64,000 nucleotides of DNA, from contig NC_135658.1 of NCBI RefSeq assembly GCF_964188315.1, forward strand, positions 80,104,001 through 80,168,000. Direction: 5' to 3'. This document shows, in pieces, positions 25,940-38,148 of this stretch. Source of the stretch: Podarcis muralis (taxonomy: Eukaryota). Both the position numbers and the translations under genes were made by a program. The stretch's first letter is position 1. The number at the start of each line of letters is the position of its first letter. The notes under the pieces were generated by a model. That model was not told the origin of the DNA and ran no database searches. It saw nothing but the letters and a program-made list of their open reading frames with translations.

Positions 25940-26288
25940 GATGCGGGTGGCGCTGTGGTTTAAACCACAGAGCCTAGGGCTTGCCGATCAGAAGGTCAGC
26001 GGTTTGAATCTCCGCAATGGGGTGAGCTCCCACTGCTCGGTCCCTGCTCCTGCCAACCTAGCAATTTGAAAGCACGCCAAAAAGTGCAAGTAGATAAATA
26101 CTCCAGCGGGAAGGTAAATGGTGTTTCCATGCACTGCTCTGGTTCGCCAGAAGCGGCTTAGTCATGCTCGCCACATGACCCAGAAGCTGTACGCCAGCTC
26201 CCTCGGCCAATAAAGCGAGATGAGCACCGCAACCCCAGAGTCGTCCGCGACTGGACCTAATGGTCAGGGGTCCCTTTACTTTTATCTT
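25940..26288 (+). mobile_element. Sauria SINE (full length)
   Basis: GCGGGTGGCGCTGTGG head, GGTTTGAATC B-box variant and GGGGTCCCTTTAC tail. Confidence 0.92.
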
Positions 26289-26745
26289 AATTATTATTAT
26301 CTTCCATTCTTTTAAGTGACAAGCTACTTCGACTATGCGGGGTAGAGATTGAAATGTTTTACCTAGTCTCATGACACTGTCATGTTCATAATGCAATCTC
26401 TAATTGGCTCGGATTACTTGAGGGAGGAGAAATTGGGAGAAAGTTATGGAGAAACAGCAGTAGAGAGGGGAAACAATGGCTGTGAAGACCTAGGAAAGGC
26501 CATGATCAAGAGGTAGAATTCAGGCATGTGGTGGAGGGGATTTTACCTCAAGGAAGGAATAATGGAATCTAGCAGATTCCTGAATATATTGAGGGTTTTC
26601 CTAGTGGATAGAGCTGGTGATCCAATCAAAGCTTGCTGTTGGGTGGCAAGATGAGTAGAGCTATCAACCCAATTGCTTCTCCTTAGGGTCTGCATAGTCT
26701 TTGCTACTCCTTGGTTTCCTGAGAGGTTGTGGGCAATAATAAAGT

Positions 26746-26883
26746 CATAGTATTGAAGAGGTGGAAGGGACCATGGGGATAATCAAGTCCAGCCCCCTGC
26801 AATGCGGGAATCTTTTGCCCAACGTGGGGCTCAAACCCACGACCCTGAAATTAAGAGTCTCATGTTCTACTAACTGAGCTATC
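26746..26883 (-). mobile_element. tRNA-Lys(CTT)-headed SINE with CR1-type 3' tail
   Basis: Minus strand reads GATAGCTCAGTTAGTAGAACATGAGACTCTTAATTTCAGGGTCGTGGGTTTGAGCCCCACGTTGGGC, followed by a CR1-like tail. Confidence 0.85.
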
Positions 26884-27340
26884 TGATTCTTCAATGAATC
26901 AGACTAGGAGGGAACTTGACTGGCGAATGGGTCTCTCTCTGGAGCACTCAGCAGCACGTTATGAGCCATTTGTATGGCACTTTGAGAATAAAGTCATGCA
27001 GATGCATAGTGCTTGAGTTGTCACAGCTGCTGCAGCCCAAGTTAAGATGTCTGTTACAAAAGTTGGGCACCAAGTCCCCACTTTCTGCTGAGCGGTAGCA
27101 AGATTCTAGGGGGTTTCAGGTGCTCACCCAGGGTCTGTGTTCCTTTGAGAATCAAGACGAGGTGGAGACTGTCGTAGTTTTAATAATTTGTCCGCACCTC
27201 CTCCTTCCCAGCACACCTTGCTAAAGACACTCTTTTCCAGTCACCTCACCTGTCTGGACACCCCATCACCTTGGCAACCTCTTTCTGCCCAGGCCTAGGG
27301 ATTTCTCTTAGATGGCCTTTCAATACCTTTTGTCATGCTA

Positions 27341-27698
27341 GGTAAAGGTACCCCTGCCCGTACGGGCCAGTCTTGACAGACTCTAGGGTTGTGCGCTCAT
27401 CTCACTCTAGAGGCCGGGAGCCAGCACTGTCCGCAGACACTTCCAGGTCACGTGGCTAGCGTGACGAAGCTGCTCTGGCGAACCGGCACCAGAGCAGCAC
27501 ACGGAAACGCCGTTTACCTTCCCGCTATAAAGCGGTACCTATTTATCTACTTGCACTTAAGGGTGCTTTCGAACTGCTAGGTGGGCAGGAGCTGGGACCG
27601 AACGACGGGAGCTCACCCCGCCGCGGGGATTCGAACCGCCGACCATGCGATCGGCAAGTCCTAGGCGCCTAGGTTTTACCCACAGCGCCACTCGCGTC
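27341..27698 (-). mobile_element. Sauria SINE, divergent CpG-rich subfamily
   Basis: Full length. 9-bp TSD GTCATGCTA at 27332-27340 and 27696-27704. Confidence 0.92.
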
Positions 27699-28332
27699 AT
27701 GCTAACGGTTAGCTTATCCCCAGCTAGCTATGTGAAGCTGTGTGGGCTTGCAATCCGATACTGAATTCAACAGTGCTTGGCTTAGTTTTAATTAACCTAC
27801 TTTGCTTGCTTCTTGAATATATGAGTTTGCTCAAATTTCAATTCTTTTATTGACTGTATAAATTATAGCGGGTCTGCCCCACCCCTAATCTCAGAACATG
27901 TCCAATGCCGTGTCTTCCTACCTTTTATGGGATCCATTTCATTTAATGCAGCCTGATGATATGGAGAGGACCCAACTTCTTGCGCTCTTGACCCCTGCCC
28001 ATCCTGGCTGGTGATTTAAATGTGATTTAACGGTATGGTATGGATGTGAGGTTAATATCTGGTTGTGTGAATCTCATTTATATCAATAGGACAGGAATAC
28101 GCCACCTAATATTCTACAACCTTCTCATTCCTCAAGGGATATTCTTACAATGTGAGATCATAAGGGAAACACTTTTTCAACTCTAGTAAATCAGATTCAT
28201 TCAAAGAAGCAGACAAAGGGATGGAAAAGCCAATTTCTCACAGTGGATCAGACTGAAAATGTTCAGTCAACAATTAATTTGACTCTTGCAGGCTTTTAAT
28301 AGCCCAAAGTTCTCCACTGAACAGATCAGAGG

Positions 28333-28337
<5 letters not shown>

Positions 28338-28403
<66 letters not shown>
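28338..28403. repeat. Compound (TG)n(TA)n microsatellite
   Basis: Direct reading. Confidence 0.95.
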
Positions 28404-28407
<4 letters not shown>

Positions 28408-31363
28408 GATAAGTATGAAATTACATCTAATTACAAAGTTGTTGTAAATGAATGTAATCAGATAATTAAAATTGGTAATGACATATTTACATCTTGAAAT
28501 GATGCTGTTTTGGATTACAGTACCAAAAATTTTGAGCAGGTCCTTTTATTTTCCTTGTTCTGTTCACATTTGAGGCTGAGAAACAGCTTCACCATCTCAT
28601 GGACAGCCCTGAACAGGCAGGAGATTCACCTGCCAAACACTTCCTAGTCACACCGCTCTTAAAGGTAGGAGAACAGATGTCCATGCTAGTTCCCCCCCAA
28701 CATGATAGCTAGACCTTCAAAAAGAGAAATCCTCTCTTCTGCTTTCTGCAGGGACCTTGTGTTGTTCTATAGGTGGGCAGATGAGCTTTGATAGCGTGGC
28801 TGCAATTTAGTGACAATAGCACTGCAGAGTAGCACATATCAGGACTATCAGTCATAGTTTGCTTTAAGTTCCTTCTCTCTGCAATATGGAACTACCGGTA
28901 CATTAATTGATGGTTATGCCAGAGTCCTGAGTGGGAACTACAGGTGCTGGCAGACTTCCACAAGTCTGGTCTTGGAAATGGAATTTGGGGGCTGCCTCAT
29001 GTTTGCTTCCCAGGAGACAAGAAGCTTCCAAAAACACTCCTCTCTAGGTTGGATACAGTTTCAGCCAGAGGAGAGTTCAGTTTCCTGGCTCTGCTCCACT
29101 CAACATCAGCAGCCCCCTGAAAGTCCACCCCAAACACCTCCCTTCCCTTCATTTACCTTCCAAGTAGAGAAATGGAGTGTATGGGAAATTCAAATAGGGT
29201 GTTCTCCCCACCTGTCACCTCTTTCTCCTTGATCTGATGCTAATCAGTGTAATGGGAGAAGGTGGTGTGGTGTGAGGGAACCTTATTTAAACTCCCTGGC
29301 AGCCTCCTGCCACAACAGAAGCAAAACAACAGTCCAGCAGCACTTTAAAGGATGGCAGATGTATTATTGCAAAAGTTATTGTGGTTTACCAAGAAAGAGA
29401 CATCTTGGTACTTTTTATTGCCTGCTTTCCTGTCCCACACCTTTCCCCCTTATTTCAGTCGAGTTCTTAAGTTTAAAAAGTTACTTCGGAACATTGTAGG
29501 TATATTGCTATAAAATTCAAGGTCTGATATTTCTTCTCCCTTTTTTCTGATGTAGATCTTCCCTCACTCCTTCTTCCCTGACAAGGAAGGGAACGCCATT
29601 TTGAGGTCTGCCTCAGGTGCCGAAATGTCTTGAGCTGGCCCAGCCTTAGAGTATAAGCCACTTTGGGCACAGATTGGTTCATTTTATCAATTTGTAAAGT
29701 GCCCAGTATGTTTTAGGTGTTATGATTATAATAATGTTGGTACATCAGAGAGAACTACTCACACCACAAACCCAAGGCCCCAGTGGTGACAGATGAATGA
29801 AAATGATTGCTCTTGGTTGAAACTTGGAAGTTTTGCTCTCTCACCAAAGAGAAAAGAGCTTATGAGTTTCCTGTTTCTCCCCAGTAAATGTCTCTATGGG
29901 AATTGTAAGGGGGAGGGAGGGAAGAGTGTTCATCAAATGAATTCTCCTCTGACAACTCTAGGTTTTGTTTCCTGCTTCTTTGCAACAGCAACATTATTTC
30001 TCTCTCTGCACAGTCTTGGTTTCAACAGGTTCCAAGATTCGAACTGGTCCAAGTACAAAGATGTATTCATTCCCATATTGCCACTATCACAGCCATAACT
30101 ATCAAAGTGTTGCCAAGCCACTTCCGAGGTCAATTTGTGGCATAAATACCCTGTCAGGAGCACAATGATTTATTCATTCTCCTCAAAGATGAGTATCATA
30201 TGGTGGGACTCATTATATGATTGATTTCACCTTATTTGAATGATTGCATTGCTGATGGTGGATGCAAAAGGAGGCATCTGAGCTCTGGGAAATAGACACA
30301 CAACACCAGAGGCCTTTTTCAGGGGAGCACTTTTATTCACATAAAATGTGCATGGATTAAAAAAATTTTTTTTAAAAAAAGAGGGGTTTGCACTGATATA
30401 ACCCAGGCAAAATGTTGGCACTTAGCAAGACATTCAGTGCTGCTATTTTCCATTATCATTGAGTTCTACCTTAAGGTAGCTCCATTTTTGTTGTTGTTGT
30501 TGTTGTTGTTTCAACTTTATCCTAACAGGTGTGCTTCCTTGGTTTATTCTTCCCAATTCTACCTTAATTAATGAATTATCACTTGTTCCCGCAAGGTTGT
30601 AACTAGTGAGTGATAAATGCTACAGTTAGCTTTTGGTATAATAACAACCACGCACAAACGAACCAAGTCAGTGTAACACTTGGTCAACTTATAATGCCTC
30701 CCTTTGGGCATTAGTAACCTACACAATTACCATCCTGCAAGAGGGAGAACACAGTTGTACTCACTGGCCCTGGCCTTTTTGTCCCGCTCCTATTGTCCCG
30801 CTCAATGGCCATCCATGAAATTGAGGAGATGGTCTGAAGCAGAGCACCTGCTCTGCATGCATAGACACCCAGAATGTTTTGGAATCCTGCTTGCAATAGG
30901 GTTCTAAGCCATGCAGAGTGGCATGGCATAGCACAGCCAATCCGATGCTCCTTACATTAGGTGCCTGAGCTCCCTGCACTTCCCACCTCTCCCTTTGGTA
31001 AGTGCCAGCAGAGCACTGTGCTGGGTAGCCCAGCCTGGAGAGCAGTGGTGTTTTACCAGGCTGCTGCACAGGCAGCTACTGCTCTAGATGCTTCCTGACT
31101 TATGTGTGGATGGATAGGGCAGCGCAGGGCTGGCAGAGAATGTCAGAGATGGGCAAATGTGTCAGTTCTGTTTCTCATTTTCCTAATCTGTTTGCAATTT
31201 TGTGTGTGTGGAAATTTAGCATCATTTTAATGCTAACCCTGGTGGCTATGTTCCACCTCTCCACTGTTGGAGAGTTGTATGCTTCTGAACAGTTGCTGGG
31301 AACCTCAAGAGGGGAGAGTACTGTATTGGTAAAACCTATTTGGTGTTTCACAACTTTCTGACT

Positions 31364-31779
31364 AGTTGCAGGACCTTAGCCAGACCTAGCAGAGTAAACG
31401 CAGAATCCATGGAAGCAATTGGCGACTTGGCTGCAGACAGGATAGACGAAGCAGGAACCAGGAACTTGTAGTTAGGTGTTTATTATATACAGTGGACTAT
31501 TTACAGGAACAGAACACGGATCTTTTGCTAGTTCTCTCTGACACGATTCACAGCTCCTACACTGACACACAGAACTCTGAACCTCTGAACCTCGAACTAA
31601 CACATTACAGTTAGTAGGCCATTAATTATCACTCCCTTGAGAGAACTTGACCAATCAGGGAGCTGTCTCCATGTCTCTGTTATCACCAGGCAGACTTACT
31701 CCTTCAGATTGCCTTCTGGCTGTCTGCCAAACCTTAAGTGACTCTGTGTGAGTAGCTGCACGTACACAGTTTCCCAACA
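31364..31779 (-). mobile_element. Probable solo LTR (ERV or Gypsy)
   Basis: Minus strand starts TGTTGGGAAAC and ends GCAACT (near-canonical TG..CA). It contains a CCAAT box and AATAAA. Flanks GACT/TACT are a possible 4-bp TSD. Confidence 0.55.
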
Positions 31780-31784
31780 TACTG

Positions 31785-31884
31785 TTGAGCTCAGGTCCTG
31801 CTTATAGGCTTCCCATAGGTATCTGGTTGGCCAGGGTGAGAGCAGGATGCTGGACTAGATCCAGAAGGCTCTTCTTATGTTCTG
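31785..31884 (+). mobile_element. CR1 3' tail fragment
   Basis: CTGGTTGGCCA...AGGATGCTGGACTAGAT...GGCTCTTCTTATGTTCT. Confidence 0.75.
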
Positions 31885-33423
31885 AAAATATTTTTTTTTT
31901 AAATCCAATGGAGATGAAATATTGCCTCCTTTGTTTTGTCCATTGCAGAATATGGCAATGGGCCAGATATGTTGGGATTGTTTCTTGTGCGCTTTTCTTT
32001 TTGAAAAGATGGTACACACACAAAGGTATAGAAACATCTGCACACATGTCCGGAATGGAAAATGATAGTGGAGGAGGGGTGACTAAGAGGAAGAGCAGAA
32101 GAAGCCAGCCCAGATACATTCCGTCAATGGATGGTGGAGGGCAAGCAGCCGAAGTGCAAAAAATAATATTATGACCAGGTGGAAAAGGGGGTGGGATGGG
32201 AATGTGTGGAAGTTCGTTTGCCAGACGTTACATAGATAAACTGAATGATACACTTGCACTGCAAAATATCTATTTGGAAGCACATTTAATTTATCGGTTG
32301 ATGGGTAGGAGGCAAATGCCACCATTCTCTCCTTGATATTGCAAGTATCTTGCAGCTGAAGACAGAAGACCATTTAATCCCAGGAGACTGTTGTGGACTG
32401 TGAGTTGCCTGGTACTTCACAGCCTGGCTCTCATGTTCGCTCTTCTCTTCATTTTTTTTCATGGGCTCCTTGCATGTCTCCCTGCAACTTGGTAAAACAG
32501 AAGTCCCTCTTTCACTCAAACGTGCACATATGCAGTATTGATGTGTTTTGCCTCATGGGCCACACAGACATATTGCTGTGGCATTATCTCTTCGATCTTG
32601 AACCATTTATTATAGCTCTGGAGAACCCTGATATTAAACTGCTCTTTGAGTCTTATCCAGGCATAATGTGCTGTTCAACTGAAAGGCTGGCACTGTGAAG
32701 AAGATGCGGAGGGTGTAATCACAGCCATTACGGAGAGCCATCAATGTACCCAAACCTACACTTTCCACAGTCAGCAGTAGGCAGCTCGATGAAAAGGAAC
32801 TATTAGAAACCAAACCTAGCACTCAATGTGTAATAAATGGCAAAAGGGAAAAATCTATTACAGAACAGTTTCCGCTCAAAAAATAAGCGCAAAATGCTGT
32901 CATACAGAAAAGAGAAAAGATTCAGCGGTGGTTGGGAAAGGTCAACTTTTTCAGGATAAACTGTCAGCGCCTGAACTGGAAACCTGCCACCTTGGAGCGC
33001 CACAGACTGCTTCGTAATGTCTCTTCTGGGCGATCCCATGTAACAAGGGCAAAATAGGAATACATCCCCTCCTCCCCTTGTTTTTGAGTGCATTGATCCC
33101 TGGGGCCATTTTAGTTAGCGATTAAATGAAACAAGAGCCATGGTCTTCAAAGCAGTTAATGGCTTGTTCTCCCACTGACAAGAACCAGTGGACTCACCTG
33201 TGGAAAGGCAGTATAAACACTATATGGAGGAAAAAATCAGCATGTGGACACATTTATCTTCTGGAAGGCCAAGTAGGCCAGTTATGTGTCAGCAATATCA
33301 AAATTAATGGGTCTCTTTTCTCCACTTTATATACCCGAACATCCAACAAGATGTTTATATACCAAGGGTCCAACAAAAGATCAGGGATACACAGATGAAT
33401 CAAAGGGTGAAGAGCAGTGCTGA

Positions 33424-34597
33424 GGCTGCATAAACATCATATATTTAAAGTGCCTGACTTTCCCCAAAGAATCTTGGGGATTGGAGATTTTTTTAGAAAA
33501 ACAACAACATATTTTTATTAAAGATTTCTTAGTATGTGCAGTGTCTCTTTTTTCAAGTTACATTTTCTACAGATCAGCTTCATTTGTTGAGACATTAGTG
33601 TCATATTATGAAGAAAAGGAGGAAAGAGGTGGAGGGGGGGTGAGGTCAGGTGGTAATGCTTCTATTCTACTTAGTGTATGTGTGGGGTTTTGGGTTTGCT
33701 TCACTTGTGCTGGTTCTCCTTACTATTCACTTGTATTCCTTTGGTGGTGAGAGAGGGTGGGGTTGGCCTAGGGTGTGGTTGTTTGTTTGTGTTTGGCTGT
33801 GGTGAACTTCCTTTTCGTGTGTGAGTGGGGTGGGTGTTTTTGAATCAGGTTAACCAGATTGCTTTGTATGCTCTTGGCGGATTCTTGTCATCTTGTTGGG
33901 CTGTGTATGTGATAAAGGGGAGCCATACTGGGGTGAAGGCGTCTTTTTCGTCTATTTCAGTTTCAGTTTATTGGTTAGTTTCAAATCAAATATCTTTAAT
34001 ACGGTCAGTGACCAGGAAGATTGGTTAGTTTCAGTTTATTGGTTAGTTTTTCTAATAAGGCTGTTTCCCATACTATTTGATTCCATTGGTCCATGCTTAC
34101 TCCTGACAGGTCTCTCCAGTGTCTGGCTATGATGCTTCTGGCTGCTGAGAGTAGGTGGGTTATGAGCTCTTTATGATGTGAGTGGGCATTATTATCTTGG
34201 AAGAAGTTTCGTAGGGCCAGTTCTAGGGTGACTTCTAATACTTGCTTAGTTATTATGCATATTTCTTGTATGATTGTTGTCCAGGATAGTTGGATTTTGG
34301 GGCATTCCCACCACATGTGGAAGTATGTGCCTGTGGAGGTGCATCGTCTCCAGCATTTTGGTGAGGTTCCTGGGCGTATTAGCACTAGTTTCCTTGGTGT
34401 TCAGTATTATTTGTGAATGAGTTTCAGAGTGAGTTCTTTCCTTTTCGTTGATATAAGGACACTGGGAATTGATGCGCTCTCTCTCTCTCTCTCTTTGTGT
34501 GTGTGTGTAAACTACAGTTCCCAGAATTTTTTGGGAGAAAGCCATGGCTGCTTAAAGTAGTATGATACTGCTTTAAATGTCTAGTGCAGATGGAGCC
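33424..34597. mobile_element. PIF/Harbinger-type MITE split by an L1 insertion
   Basis: Left part GGCTGCAT...ATTTAAAG...CCCCAAAGAATCTTGGG at 33424-33483 and right part AAACTACAGTTCCCAG...GCTTTAAATGTCTAGTGCAGATGGAGCC at 34508-34597. Flanks are TGA and TAA. Confidence 0.65.
33487..34400 (-). mobile_element. L1 LINE 3' fragment (ORF2 C-terminal CCHC region plus 3' UTR)
   Basis: Translation KCWRRCTSTGTYFHMWWECPKI...ARHWR is the L1 ORF2 zinc-knuckle region. Confidence 0.9.
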
Positions 34598-35122
34598 TAA
34601 AACTTTTACTGCATTCTGTTCCCAGTTGTTCAAATTCATCCTCATCACCTTTCTAATAAAAGCAGCCCAAGAAAGCAACTTGTACCCCAATATGAAACCC
34701 TCACTGCTGCCATAATTCCATGTTTTATTTAGGAGTTAATTTTCTGGTACCATTTCAAAGTGGCTTGACACATGAGTGTAGTTGTTCTGATTTGGTCCCA
34801 GTTCCAGCCAACAAAGCTTCAGTAGCACATGAATTTTTAAAATATATATAACTATAATTCATATTAAGGCAGTTTGCATATAGTGAATACTGTAATGTAA
34901 TTGCGATATTGTATCCTAATCTTAAAACTGTGTGTATATGAATTCAGTTTTTATATCCGTATCCCTTATTTATTCTGGGCCTTTTGCCTGCTTCACTGAT
35001 GACATTGCTTTTGCCAACCTATCGTATATATTTTTAATGATGTTTAAGGCACAGCAGTTCCCACACCTCCCCCTAGACATGTATTTGTTTAGCGAGGCAA
35101 GCCTTAGGGTCAGGGGCTCTGG

Positions 35123-35356
35123 CATACTCTCCAACATTTCCAACATATATAAAAACATACAAACATCAGACTTCCCTATACAGGGCTGCCTTCAGATGGC
35201 TCGGGGATCGGATAACTCCACATGTTCCAACATTTCTCCGATTAAAATAAGGACATCCCAAGGAAAAGCGGGACATTCCGGGGTCAAATCAGAAACTGGG
35301 ACAGCTCCTGTAAATCCAGGACTGTCCCTGAAAAACAGAAAGACTTGGAGGGTCTG
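35123..35356 (-). mobile_element. DNA-transposon-like element with (A)CCCTCCAA termini carrying an L2 tail fragment
   Basis: Inverted copy of the element at 36878-37704 (CCTGGATTTACAG...TTTCTGATTTGA...GAAGGCAGCCCTGTATAGGGAAG). Confidence 0.6.
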
Positions 35357-36877
35357 CTCTAGTCACCTTTTCCATGGTTGCTATTTTTTTTTTTTAAGTG
35401 TCGCCCCCTTTTAAAAAAATAGTTGCCAGATTCACTCATCCTATCTCAGTGCTGGTTTACATCTATACATTCACCTAGGGGAGAAGAGAATGACTATCCA
35501 AGACTCCCATGGCACATACGGTATTAAACTATTAGGCTGGAAGATCTTTCGGTAATTTAATTCCTGAATTGGCTTAGATCTATAGCTCAGGTATTTGTTT
35601 TACCTCTTAGACAGGGTGATTTATGCTGCAGCTACAACGCGAACAGAGAGCCTGGGATGTGATACAGATGTGTTTCTGTCTGAAAATGAAAACTAATCTG
35701 ACCTCATTAAGTCTGATGGTCTGTATGTGATGGTTCATTATCCACTGGAAATGTTTGAATTTGGTATTTGATCTATGCCATTGCCACACAGGCTCTTGAT
35801 CTCCTTCCAGCATGTGATTTGTAGATAGAGTAAGTTCAACATTACGAGGCGGAACAGATTGAGAGGATCAGTCATTCCCCAATGGAAATGATAAACAACC
35901 TTTCACAACAATTATCTAGTTAAAACACCATTAACAATTAATGACATACATCGCCAAACTTATTGAACCCATTAAAGACTAATTTACCGGCTATAAAAAT
36001 ATGGCATTAAGAATTTATGGATCATTAGCTTTTATTCCAGGATGAAATATAGCTGACTGAAACTCTCAGAAATTGTTGAAAACAATCACTCATTAAAAAA
36101 AACCAAACCCACATGAAATTAAATTATATCAATGTTAGAAGAAAAGGAAATGGGGGCAAGTTTGTAAATGTTTGCACAGAAGACGCTAACGTTGTATGCT
36201 ACTGAATGGGTGAAGATTGCGTTTTCAAACAAGATTGAAATCTACAATTAAATGATTCAAGCAAATTTTAATGTACAATAAGAAAAGCCATCCTTTTTAA
36301 TGGAAAAAAAATTAGAAGATGACTGATCAAAATTCCGATCATGGTCTATTAATCACAGCCAGTTATTTTGGAACACTGTTAAGGAAATTAGAACAATGTT
36401 AAAGTTAGTTAATGAATTTATTCGAGTACTTGATACTTAAGTTCATATTTAGCAGCTGTTCCAGCCTTATATGTCGGTTTGCCTGCTTTGCCTCTGGACC
36501 AAAGCCTGATTAAATTTAAAAATACCTATAGTTCTTTTTATTTTTTTGCTCTATCATCATTCATTAAAACTGGTCCAGAAGGAAGTCCTTTCTACTTGTA
36601 CTAGAAAAATGGTAGGCAAGTAAAAATTCTAAACCTCAGATCTATCAGCTCATGGAAAGTGCACTATTTTTAAGTACTTTATTAATTGGAAATGGACTCT
36701 GGTTGCCATCTGATTGGCGTTTACCCATATGTAATTCCCACTGAAGCCAATGGCCTTCAAGCACAAGTAACTGGGCAAAGAACTGCAGCCTAGCTGTGAC
36801 AACTTTCACCCCTTGACCCTGTACTATATTTCCCTGCAGTGACAATGTAGTGCCACAACAGCACCAGTACAATGGCA

Positions 36878-37704
36878 TTTGCCAGGGATAGCCCTGGATT
36901 TACAGAAGCCGTCCCGGTTTCTGATTTGATCCTGGAATGCCCCGCTTTTCCTTAGAATGTCCCTATTTTCATCAGAGAAATGTTGGAAGGTACGGATTTA
37001 TGCGACCCCCAAGCTAAGGAGATAACCTTAAGAAGACATCTGAAGGCAGCCCTGTATAGGGAAGTTTTTTATGCTTAAATTTTTATTATGTTTTTATGTA
37101 TGTTGGAAGCCTCCCAGAGTGGCTGGGGCAACACTCTGGGCGGCTTCCAACAGAAGATTAAAAATACATGAAAACATCAGTCATTAAAAACTTCCCTAAA
37201 CGGGGCTGCCTTCTAAATGTCATAAAGTTGTTTATTTCCCTGACGTCTAATGGGAGGGCATTCCACAGGGCGGGCGCCACTACCGAGAAGGTCCTCTGTC
37301 TGGTTCCCTGTAACTTCGCTTCTCGCAGTGAGGGAACCATCAGAAGGCCCTCAGCGCTGGACCTCAGTGTCCAGGCTGAACAATGGGGGTGGAGATGCTC
37401 CTTCAGGTATACTGGACTGAGGCCGTTTAGGGCTTTACAGGTCAACACCAACACTTTGAATTGTGCTCGGAAATGTATTGGGAGCCAGTGAAGGTCTTTC
37501 AAGACTGGTGTTATGTGGTCTCGGCAGCTGCTCCCAGTCACCAGTCTAGCTGCCGCATTCTGTATTAGCTGTAGTTTCTGGGTCACCTTCAAAGGTAGCC
37601 CCACGTAGAGTGCGTTAAAGTAGTAATAAATAATAAAAAGTATTATTATTGTTATTATTCAATAAGGCATCCTTATTTTCACCAGAGAAATGTTGGAGGC
37701 TATG
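36878..37704 (+). mobile_element. Second copy of the same element, interrupted by a minus-strand L2
   Basis: Matches 35123-35356 in reverse. The terminal TTATTTTCACCAGAGAAATGTTGGAGGCTATG resumes at 37673-37704. Confidence 0.6.
37132..37623 (-). mobile_element. L2 LINE 3' fragment (relatively young)
   Basis: Translation LPLKVTQKLQLIQNAAARLVTG...HITPVLKDLHWLPI...FSVVAPALWNALP is the typical L2 ORF2 C-terminus. Confidence 0.92.
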
Positions 37705-37902
37705 AAACACTTCCAAAGAATGAATCACTTGTACAAAACACTAACCTTTATTATTAACGGATCTCAAGATGACTGGGTATTCCTTAAAGTTTGACAGATT
37801 GTCCTTTTTAGACATGTGCCTCTTCAACTTGGCTTCAGAAAGGGAAATGGTAATTTTTTTTAAAAAAAAAAGAGATTCATTGACTTCTTTTGAGGCCATA
37901 TT

Positions 37903-38148
37903 GAGAGCCAGTGTGGTGTAGTGGTAAGAGCGGTAGTCTCGTAATCTGGGGAACCGGGTTCGCATCTCCGCTCCGCCACATGCAGCTGCTGGGTGACCTT
38001 GGGCTAGTCACACTTCTTTGAAGTCTCTCAGCCCCACTCACCTCACAGAGTGTTTGTTGTGGGGGAGGAAGGGAAAGGAGAATGTTAGCCGCTTTGAGAC
38101 TCCTGAAGGGGAGTGATAAAGTGGGATATCAAATCCAAACTCTTCTTC
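37903..38148 (+). mobile_element. tRNA-derived CORE-type SINE with L2-like tail
   Basis: A box GTGGTGTAGTGG, B box GGGTTCGCATCTC, CORE-like TGGGTGACCTTGGGCTAGTCAC and tail GCCGCTTTGAGACTCC. Confidence 0.85.

Noticed and set aside
26815-26883. tRNA-Lys(CTT)-like sequence (also at ~22700-22758 and ~62716-62785)
   Set aside because: The sequence is mutated in its stems and fused to a CR1-type tail, so it is a SINE head rather than a tRNA gene.
28560-28660. Possible exon MDSPEQAGDSPAKHFLVTPLLK|gtagga
   Set aside because: The acceptor is weak, the donor is moderate, and I recognise no homologous protein. It is compatible with chance.
29965-30168. Acceptor TTTCAACAG followed by an open frame (GSKIRTGPSTKMYSF...)
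   Set aside because: There is no convincing donor and no recognisable protein in any frame.
31802-32119. Signal-peptide-like ORF MYLGWLLLLFLLVTPPP
   Set aside because: The hydrophobic run comes from a CT-rich low-complexity stretch. It has no donor and no mature domain.
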